Source: Schmidtea nova (lineage: Eukaryota). From it: a stretch of 64,000 nucleotides of DNA. Position numbers and translations under genes: made by a program. This document shows, one piece after another, positions 15,011 through 25,400 of this stretch. Each line of letters begins with the position of its first letter. Position 1 is the stretch's first letter. The notes below the pieces were generated by a model. It did no database searches, had not been told where the DNA came from, and worked only from the letters and a program-made list of their open reading frames with translations. Location: contig CM097882.1 of NCBI GenBank assembly GCA_044892505.1, forward strand, positions 487,754,001-487,818,000, given 5' to 3'.

Positions 15011-15161
15011 NNNNNNNNNNNNNNNNNNNNNNNNNNNNNNNNNNNNNNNNNNNNNNNNNNNNNNNNNNNNNNNNNNNNNNNNNNNNNNNNNNNNNNNNNN
15101 NNNNNNNNNNNNNNNNNNNNNNNNNNNNNNNNNNNNNNNNNNNNNNNNNNNNNNNNNNNNN
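15011..15161. other. Assembly gap (N run)
   Basis: 151 N. Confidence 1.
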
Positions 15162-15465
15162 ATAATTCGACATTTATTTTTTTTCAAGCCAGTGAACTGG
15201 CAAATAGAAGAAATAAAATGAGTTTCAAACTCATTCTCGCAGAAGTATAAAAAGTAAGTTTTTCATTTTAATTCATTTATTAAATTTTTATATTTTTATT
15301 TTATATTTTTATTTTATATATTTTTTTTTTATATATATTTTTTTTAATAATAATTTTTAGATATTGCTATAATCCACGATAACGTTTAACTTTAGATATT
15401 TATTGCATTTCTATTGATGTGATTTCACAAATGCATGTTGAATGTATAATGAAAATGTGTCTGGT

Positions 15466-15784
15466 NNNNNNNNNNNNNNNNNNNNNNNNNNNNNNNNNNN
15501 NNNNNNNNNNNNNNNNNNNNNNNNNNNNNNNNNNNNNNNNNNNNNNNNNNNNNNNNNNNNNNNNNNNNNNNNNNNNNNNNNNNNNNNNNNNNNNNNNNNN
15601 NNNNNNNNNNNNNNNNNNNNNNNNNNNNNNNNNNNNNNNNNNNNNNNNNNNNNNNNNNNNNNNNNNNNNNNNNNNNNNNNNNNNNNNNNNNNNNNNNNNN
15701 NNNNNNNNNNNNNNNNNNNNNNNNNNNNNNNNNNNNNNNNNNNNNNNNNNNNNNNNNNNNNNNNNNNNNNNNNNNNNNNNNNNN
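15466..15784. other. Assembly gap (N run)
   Basis: 319 N. Confidence 1.
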
Positions 15785-15835
15785 AATTAAATATTTATTA
15801 GCAACTGTTGTAGTGTGTTCGAGAAAAATTCCATG

Positions 15836-15915
<80 letters not shown>
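15836..15915. repeat. (AAT)n microsatellite in the 3' UTR of element 1
   Basis: Pure AAT run. Confidence 0.95.
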
Positions 15916-15916
<1 letters not shown>

Positions 15917-16305
15917 TACCTGAATCTACCTCCTTATCTCTTACTAATAATAAGTGACGGTCACCTTCTTCAGTCCCTGTCCAGGGATCCAAGCCCCAGT
16001 GACTGAAATTGGACACTTTCATTTTATTATTATGTCCATATAAATAATAATATTATTCTGATGCTAATAATAATAATAAATTCTAAATTTTAAATTATTG
16101 ATAATTTTGATTTATTTTCATAATTTTTATTATTGATTTTTATATTTCATTACATTTTGCATTTGAAATTTTTATTAATAATTTGGGGTTGCCATAAACT
16201 TTGAATTTTATTATTTTATTATTTATTTATTTTTTTTTTTTTTTATTGGTGGGATGCCATAATAAAGGAGACAAAATTCACAAAATGTTTTATTTATAAT
16301 TGTAT

Positions 16306-16307
<2 letters not shown>

Positions 16308-16360
<53 letters not shown>
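16308..16360. repeat. (TA)n microsatellite just after the exonuclease stop
   Basis: Pure TA run. Confidence 0.95.
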
Positions 16361-16364
<4 letters not shown>

Positions 16365-17771
16365 TTAATTAAATTTTAATTCCAAGCTCTCTTCTCCACA
16401 CCAATATTGGACGATTGTTCCTTTTCGCACATATGTCTTTCCTGCATATGTTATCGAATTTTCAATTTGCAAATTTGAACCCACTTTTCTTTTCCTAGTT
16501 TCTTTGGCTGTTGAACCCTTTATAAGTGTTGACTTTGCTCTTCCAATAATTGAGCTTGTAAATATTGCCAAACTTTCTTCAATGGGCTCCAGAATAGTTT
16601 CCTCTGCCAACTTCAATTGTATTTCAATTTCCATTATTGATGGTTCTTCTATTGTCAGGTCCACTGTTGTTGTCATTTCCGATGTGCTCTGTGTTGCTCG
16701 TAAATTTCTGTATTCCTCCAGCGAATATATTTTTGAGGGCTGTTTCCTGGGAATCATCACATCATCGATCCATTGACTCTCCACTTTCAAATAAACTTTT
16801 CTAATGCTTTTCACATCTTCCAACGCGGTGTGGATGCCTGTTTGTGTTTTTTCTCCGCATAATTCTTCAGTGATTGTTTTTAACTTAAACCATTCTCCTT
16901 TTCGGCTTACATTCATTGATTTTAACACTTGCGCTGCTGCCAAATCTCGAATGCCATATAATTTATTGATCCAAATTCCAAGATTATTCAATTCCGCTTG
17001 GAGATCATGACCAATCAGTATTTTTCCTATGGTCAACCTCTGAATATCTTTCATCTCCTGATATTGATCTGCCTGATTTCTACTGGCCACTTCCGTTATT
17101 CCGTGGATTTTGGAATTAAAATGTCTTACTTTCCCTCTTGGTGTAATGTATGTATTTTTTATAATTTTTCCATAATAATTTAGGATTGCGATTGACAACG
17201 GAATCATTTTTCCGCTTTCGGAGCTTCCATATTCCGCATCGATAAACAAAATTCGATTACGGATTTCTTCTAGATCCATCTCCTTTCTAACAAATGAGAG
17301 CTTCCGTTTTAACATTTCATCTGAAATTGCCATCAAATCCTCCTCATTAGCTTCTGTCGGATGTGTACTTGGAATTTCTCCAACTTCATTTTCAATTCTG
17401 GTTTCGATAACCATTATGGCATCCTCGTTTGCGGCTCGCAACAAATTGAACATTATTTCCTTCTGCAGTTTCCACGTAGTAAATTTTTTTAATTCCTTCC
17501 GAATCTGATTCCTTTCGTTTAGCATTTCTACCGTGCCTTTTATTATGTGGAGGTAATATTGTTCTTTTCTTGCCAATTGCATTTCCTCTGATAACTTCAT
17601 TTTGGTGTTTCTGTGCAATTTTAGAATTTGTATTTTCATTCTTCTGTCATCACTTCGAAGGTAGTTGGGAATTTGCAGATTGTTGTTGATCTGGAATTTT
17701 TGTCCGGCATGGCTTCTGCTGAGTCTGGCGTAACTGTCGTGTACCGATCTTGGCCATTGTAATTGTTCCAT
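16365..17771 (-). CDS. DEDDh 3'-5' exonuclease, REX4/ISG20-like (468 aa), inside element 1
   Basis: ExoI ILFIDAE, TYITPRGKVRHFNSKIHGI, ExoII LIGHDLQAEL, IRDLA and ExoIII HTALED. Uninterrupted ORF between the polyprotein and the 3' LTR. Confidence 0.88.
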   Translation of the reverse strand: MEQLQWPRSVHDSYARLSRSHAGQKFQINNNLQIPNYLRSDDRRMKIQILKLHRNTKMKLSEEMQLARKEQYYLHIIKGTVEMLNERNQIRKELKKFTTWKLQKEIMFNLLRAANEDAIMVIETRIENEVGEIPSTHPTEANEEDLMAISDEMLKRKLSFVRKEMDLEEIRNRILFIDAEYGSSESGKMIPLSIAILNYYGKIIKNTYITPRGKVRHFNSKIHGITEVASRNQADQYQEMKDIQRLTIGKILIGHDLQAELNNLGIWINKLYGIRDLAAAQVLKSMNVSRKGEWFKLKTITEELCGEKTQTGIHTALEDVKSIRKVYLKVESQWIDDVMIPRKQPSKIYSLEEYRNLRATQSTSEMTTTVDLTIEEPSIMEIEIQLKLAEETILEPIEESLAIFTSSIIGRAKSTLIKGSTAKETRKRKVGSNLQIENSITYAGKTYVRKGTIVQYWCGEESLELKFN

Positions 17772-18186
17772 TTGCTAAAATTATTGAATTTTAATTTATG
17801 TTAATTTTAGAATTTGAAACTATTATCGAGGTTGGGTATCCAAAGGATATCGTCTCAATCAATAGTTGTATAAATAAAAATATTTAGTTAATTACCTATC
17901 TATTTGAATTTGAAAAAATTCGGACTTTAAAAAAATTTTGAAATTCAATGAGTTTTTGAAATTTTAAATCTAATGGTTTACCCCTTACCCTATATACCCT
18001 CTTAAATTTCCTTCCCCTATTCAATTTCCTCTTTTTATCCAATCAAATTCATTTGCCAAGCGATCCTTGAAAGCAGTTTTACACCAAAAATAAAAAGTGT
18101 TCCATAAAATGTAATGTTATCAATGAATAAATAAATAATAAATTCTACACTACTGTTACTTATTGCATGCGGAAATCATTGTCTTA

Positions 18187-19400
18187 TTACACAAATGTCT
18201 CATCGTAGACAAACCAAGGTCTCGAAGGTTCGGATTGATTTGCCGGAGATTGAAATGATTTTTCGAATATGCACAATACGATAGCCATGATAACTGTTAG
18301 AATTACTGCAAAAGAAATGATGATTATAATCAATGTTATGCACATTTTTTCATTATTCGTTTTCAGGAACAATTTAGTTTGATTATTTACAATTGATTTA
18401 TTGATAGGAATGTTATTAAGAAATGTTGTGGTTTGATATTGGTGTGAATCGTTTGGGTATGCTTCATCATATGAGACTTGAATGAGTTTATTTTCGACAA
18501 ACGTTATCTGCCATAGATTTGAATATAGAGTACGACGATAATATTTGATTTTTACGAGAACTAATTTCGACATTGGGTTTGATTGCGATTGTTGAAAAAT
18601 TATTGTTTGAGATTGTCCTTTGCTGTCTAGAATTGCTTGCATTTTCCCATAACAATATATGACCGCCTTTTGATTAGGTTCTGTTTGCCTGGTGACTTTT
18701 ATTGCTTGATGGTAGATGTGAAATTGAACTCTATTCGTTTCATTAATTAATGTTATCGTTTGTTGACTGGTGTGAACTTTAACCCATTGATTCTCCGTAT
18801 CGGTGCCATTTTCATATAAAGTCTTCTCATAATAATGAATCACAATATTATAAGTCTGAAATAACTTTAAATTAATATAATTTACGAAGGGTTTTCTACT
18901 ATTCAATGTGTCTATCGCATAATTTTGGAAAATCGTTTTTACTTGTTGGGATTCTTGGGGTTCCCAATATACATTAATACTATTTATCGAAGGTTCAATT
19001 GATACAAAATTTTTCCACCTTTTTGTCCAAATTTCTAGGCGTATTATATTACGTATTTCCGTAGTATTCTTTTTTGGATCTAGCTGTGCTACCAGCCAGG
19101 GATATTTGTAATTCATTGTCAGATGACGTGCAACATGATAATTATTATTATATTTCAATTTCACCGGGGGTTCAAAATAATTTAATAAATTATTTATTTC
19201 TACTTCCTCATCTTTTTCACAGGAATAAATCCACACAATCTGAGTACATGTGGCAAATGTATTGATTCTCTCTAACAATGGGATTCGTTTTGTTGCCACC
19301 GATGGAAGAAATCGTACTGCATTCGTACACAAAACATTCAACATCATTACTGTAGAAATTAGTAAAATTTTATTAATGTAGCTTGATGGGGCTGGATTTT
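18187..19400 (-). other. Post-integrase extension: signal-like segment, ~330-aa unknown domain, TM and short tail
   Basis: ILLISTVMMLNVLCTNA near 19320-19370; CITLIIIIISFAVILTVIMAIVLCIF near 18265-18343; ends PWFVYDETFV. Confidence 0.6.
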
Positions 19401-22400
19401 TATTATATTTCCTTTTGATTACTTCATTTTCATTTCGTTTTGATCGTAATGGGTATTGTTTGAACTCTTCTACCGGCACCTTTTTACAGCGGTTTACATG
19501 AACAACTATTGTTCCAGCTTTTTTATTATTCTGTGGACGCAACTTTAGATTAGTCTCTGTAGCATCACCTACTACATATGGTCCTTTAAAAGGTCTTTGC
19601 AGTTTCACTGACAATCCTTTAGTCGGCTCTGGTTTATTTACATACACTAAATCTCCAATTTTAATATCATGCGCATGTGCGCGTTTATCATAGCACTCTT
19701 TATAAGCTTCTTGATGGTGTTTTATTTTAAGACCTGCTTGAACCCATACTGACTGCAATCTCTCTTGCATAATTACTTTATAATCGGATACATCCATATA
19801 TTGGGAAATAGGTGACTGAAATTTCAAGTCAATTGGCATATTATTACATCGTAAATACATAAGGTAGAAAGGTGTTTCATCGGTACTTTCATTAACTGCA
19901 TTCCGATATGCAAATAGGCATGGTTTAATATACCAATCCCAATCTTTTTGCTTTCTATTTACATAAGAAGATATCATATTTATTAGTGTTCCATTGAATC
20001 TTTCCACTAAGCCATCTGTTTGTGGATGATAAGGTGATGTACTTATTTTCATTATTCCGAATAATTCTGTGATCGATTTGAATAAATCACTTTGAAAATT
20101 TGTTCCTTGATCTGTAAGTAATTTTTTTGGTGCTCCATATCGAAAGATTATGTTTTCAACAAATATTTTTGCTACTGTCTCTGCTTTTTGATTTGGCATA
20201 GGATAAGCTTCTGGCCATTTTGTTAAATAGTCGCAAAAGACAATAATGTATTTATTTCCATTTGTCGTTTCTGGTAGTGGACCCACGATGTCCATTGCCG
20301 TCATTTCCATCGGCGCTTGTGGTACTGGCATTGGCTTTAAAGGAACTTTAATTTTCTTTCCTGTATTTCTCCTGGTTAGACATATTTCACACGTATGACA
20401 CCACTGTTTGACATCTTGCTCCATCGTGTCCCAATAATATTTTTGCTTTAATCTCGATAATGTTTTACGTGCTGATAAATGTCCTCCCAATGCTCCATCA
20501 TGATACAACAACAGTAATGATCTTCGATGTTTTGTTGGAACGATAATTAATAAATTTTCATTTTTTACACATTTTAGCAAACCATCATGGACAATATATT
20601 TATGTTTTTCCTCAACAACATGTTTCCAGTCACTCTCCTTTTTGATGGTGACAGCATGTTGACGTAGCTGATTTAATTCAATATCATTTTCTTGATCATT
20701 TTGTAATTCTTTTAGATTGTTTACAGTTTTAATTGCCATAAATATTGTATTTTCATAATTTATTTCATTTCTACCATCATTATTTTCGTCATTAATTCTC
20801 GATAACGCATCGGCATTTGCATTTGACTTTCCTGAACGGTACTTTATTTCGAAATCATATTCTTGCAGCGCAATTGACCATCGGATTAATTTGCTGGCTG
20901 AATCTCTGTGCTTCATGAGCCATTGCAGTGGATTATGGTCCGTAAAAACAATAAACTTTCTACCGATTAGGTGTTGTCTGAAAGTAGTTATTCCATATAC
21001 CAACGCTAAAGTCTCTTTTTCGATTGTAGAATAATTCTTTTCATGTGGCTTTAATGTTCGACTAGCATAGGCAATTACATGATCTTTTTCACCTTCTACT
21101 TGTTGACCCAACACTGCTCCTAATGCGAAATTACTGGCATCTGTCATTAATATGAACTGTCTCTTAAAGTCTGGGCATCTCAAAATTGGTTGTTTTAATA
21201 AACTTTCTTTCAGAATATCAAATGCATTTTGTTGAGCCGTCATCCATTTAAATTTAGTTTGCTTTTTAAGCAGTATATTCAAAGGTTGTGCTACATGCGA
21301 AAAATTTTTAATAAATTTTCTATAATAACCTGCTAAACCAAGAAATTGTCGAACTTGATCAACATCTTTTGGAATTGGATAATTTTTGATTTTCTCTACA
21401 TTTTCGGGATTCGGCTGTAATCCACGTCTTGAAATAATATGACCCACATAAACAACTTCAGACTTTCCCCATTCGCATTTTGATGGTTTTATTTTTAAAT
21501 TTGCTTTTAATAATCTTTTGAATACTGTTTCAACATCTTTTAAATGCTCTTGAAAACTGCCTGAAAATATTATTATGTCATCAATATAGACTAATGCATG
21601 TGGAATGTCTCGCAATACGAAATTCATGCCTCTCTGAAAAGTAGCAGGTGCTCCTGTTAATCCAAATGGTAAAACGTTAAACTCGTATAGGCCTTTACCA
21701 TCTGAAAATGCAGTTTTTCTCTTGTCATCCTCTTTTACTTTAAATTGGTTGTATCCTTTATTTAAATCAATTACTGTGAAAAATTGTACCTCGCCCATTT
21801 GATCAAACATTTCCTGTGGAACTGGAATAGGATATGTATCTTTTCTCGTGACCTGATTCAACTTTCGATAATCTACACAAAATCGCAAATCTCCATCTTT
21901 CTTTTTAACAACCACTATCGATGATGAAAATGGTGATGAACTGTCTCGTATAATATTGAATTCCTTCATTGCTTTAATTTGTCGATCACTTTCTTCTTGA
22001 TAAACGTACGGAATCCTATACGGTCTCAATTTGATAGGAGTTTCATCAAGTAATGGTATCTCATGCTCAATTATTTGAGTAAGTCCCAAATCATATTCAT
22101 GCCTAGCAAATACACTTTTGTATTTCGTTAATAGGGCTGTAAATTCTTCTCTCTGCTCATCTGTCAAATCCTTGCTTGTAACTTGAGGTTGTTTATAAAT
22201 TTTAATGTTCCTTGGTAACTTTTGAACTTCTTCAGCTTCAATTTTTTTCAATTTCCCCAATTTTGTTTTGGGTTGCATCTGGATAGATTTTGTGCCACAA
22301 TTTGCTATTCGTACTGGCACTAATTTATTTTTGACTCTCACTAACTCATCACACATAGGTAAATCATATTTTTCTATTAGTTTGTGATTTGGCTCAAATA

Positions 22401-25400
22401 TGCATTCCTCATCTGGTGCATTTGTAACATCTGCATAATATATTATTTCGCTTTTTGATGGTACTTCAACCATTTGATTTAGAAATACTTCTCCGATCTC
22501 CTCAATAACTTCACCAGTTTGACCTTTCACTAATTTTCCGGTATTTAGATCGAGTGAGATTCCTTTTAACTGCTCCATAACGTCCATACCAATAAGGCAT
22601 TTAACCGGGCTCTTTCTCATTACCACTACCCAGTGGGATATCTCTTGATCTCCAATCTTTAATTTGGCTTGTACTTTCCCTATGATGTTCAGCAAATTAT
22701 GCGACATTGATTTAATACGCTTATTCGTTGGTTTCATTTCTTTAATTTCTTGATACATTAATAATTCCTCTGACACAATAGTATGACTTGAACCTGAATC
22801 TAATAAGGCTTGCACTTTTCGATCGTTAAATAAGACATCAATCCGAGGTTGTTTTCCTCCCGTTACCATCGTCATTAGTGCATAGCTGCATGGTAATCCG
22901 AGCATATTTTTGCGTTCAATTTCTGCACTCGTTGGTTCAATTTTCTCTGTTCCACTTTGAATATCATCTAATGGTTTCATCTCTTTTAACTTTTCTCCGG
23001 GATATACAGGTGCTGTCGGTACAAATGTTGGAGTATACCATCGAGTTAGTGTATCAATTCCGCTTAATTTTGGCATTGGTTCTAGTAAGAATCTAGTTTC
23101 TGGTTCTGTTTTATTTTTCAATATACCCTTCCGATAATATTTTGACTCGGTATTACCTCCCTCATTATTATTGTTCTGACTATTGATCTCTTCCGATTGA
23201 CATAATGATTCCTCACTTTTTTGATCCTTTCTCAATTGTGCTCTTACATTTGCCATTTCTTTGTATTGATGATTTGTAATGAAAAATCTGGCCAAAAATG
23301 GGATACAACCGATTATTATTTTCCATGACCATCCGGAAATAGCGTATATTCTATGTGCTGACAACACTTGCGATACTATCACTTTCATTGTCACTGCAAT
23401 TACGTAGATTCCAATTAAACCGGCACAAGCTTGCCCTAAGAACATAAATTTACCCCAAATCTTTTCCATTGTTTTATACGTGGCTCTTTTAAAATGATCG
23501 GGTGTCAACAAATACTCATAATTCACTTTTCCCTCTCCATTGGGTAATATTGTATCAACCATTTCTGAAATTACCCTTTCCTTTTTCGATGGAAATAACA
23601 AATTTCTTTGAGCCTCTTCGATATCTTCGCTTGCATACAAACCCGTTTGTGCCATTTTATTTAATGATGTGAAATTTACTAAATATTCTAAGTTCGTTAA
23701 TTCTAATTTATCGGGTGTTTTTACTCCTCTGTAATCTGGTAACGCTATCCATGAATCTGGCGTTAAACGATACAACGGCGCAAGTAGTCGATTGCATTGT
23801 AATATTTTCGGTTTCGTCTGTTCTTCAAGCAATATTCGAGTAATTGGTTCCATAAATCGTAGCTTACCCCCAACACTTACGGGTAACTCATTTGTGCATT
23901 TTTCATATTTTGCAATTTTTACAGCGATTTCCTTACATTTGTAACTATATAATGCTTCTCCAAAAATTCTCGCAAATACGCCATTTTCCGATATCAGCAT
24001 AGGGGCTACTAAGTTCGGGTTTGTGACTGCCATTGCCATTCGATTCCGAAGAATCTCTTTATTCAATTTACAATCATTGAGAATCATTTCTCTATAAACA
24101 TTCTCCATGATGTCTTGACTAAAATGAAATAAATAATCGATTTTGTTATTGAAATAATGCGTTAATTTAATGTCGTTTACATGAATTTTAGTTTTTGCGT
24201 CTTCAACTATTCCTTTTGAAACATAGACGCCTTTATAATTTGTTGTATATAATATTCGCCCACATTTATTCGTAACTTCCTTTTTTATAAAACGCATGCT
24301 ATCCGTTGGCGATGTTGACATCAGAACTGCACTCATTTTCCTGGTCATTATTGGAGTTGATTTAATTGCTTCTTTTGATTTATAATTCATGCTAAAACTA
24401 TCGGGTCTTTCCTGAAATTGTTCTCCGATTATTTCTTTAAAATTCATAGTTTTTAGAAAAGCCAAATTACATTCATTTACCTTTACATTATAAACTAAAA
24501 TCGACTCTCCTGTTTGACAATTTGTCTGTTTCATATTACAGAATGGATGTGTCTGTAATTTTCCCGTATCGTCATCAAATGCTCCTTCGAACTCCCTCAG
24601 TTCCGTAACGTACTCCTCAAATACTACCGTTTTATCCACCATTTTACCATTCATTTTATACGGTTCACCTTCGCAATCTCCATTTGCTTTCATTATCCCT
24701 TTCACAACTACTGTCTCTCGTATTCTGTGATTTAATTTAGCTTTCAATCGGATTTCCGAACTTATTTTCAGTTCTCCTGTTTGAAATGCTGTCAAACAAT
24801 TTTCTGGAAAAATCTCAACTGGTCTCGGTATTGCATTTACTTTTATTAATGACGAGTGGCTCCACTTTCCACAATAAAACACAAACGTTGTATGTTTCAC
24901 GCTACACTCTCTAACTTTAGTTCGTCGTAAATCTGATTCTTGATATACGTGGTATTTTGCATCATTTTCAACTTTTAACTTACTCGGATAGGCACCTGGG
25001 CATTCTGACATATCTACTACTGAATAGATTTTTCCCATTTCCGTTTGGGAGCAATCGTATGCAACTAATGATGTCGTCTGCGTAATAACTGTACACAAGA
25101 TAATCATTGTAAACATCAACCATGGAAATATTCCGATTCTTTTCGTTTTCAGCCTGACTTTCTCACACAATTGTCTTGCTCCTTCCTCATTTTCTTTCGT
25201 ATCTAGTGGTGGGCACAATGTCTTCCAGCCACCCTTTTCTTTTACCCAATTTATTAAATATTCATTTAGCATCCTGGCTGCCGTATCTATTAAATCATCC
25301 AACTCTTTCGACTTTACAAACGCATACGTTCCTATCTCTAAAATCGCATACGTCAAGCTCGTCAATACTACCTCCCTATTCACTTCCTTTTGGATCAACT

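Noticed and set aside
14882-15801. ORFs spanning N runs
   Set aside because: Artefacts of assembly gaps.
15798-16022. Poly-Ile and poly-Leu ORFs
   Set aside because: Translations of the (AAT)n microsatellite.
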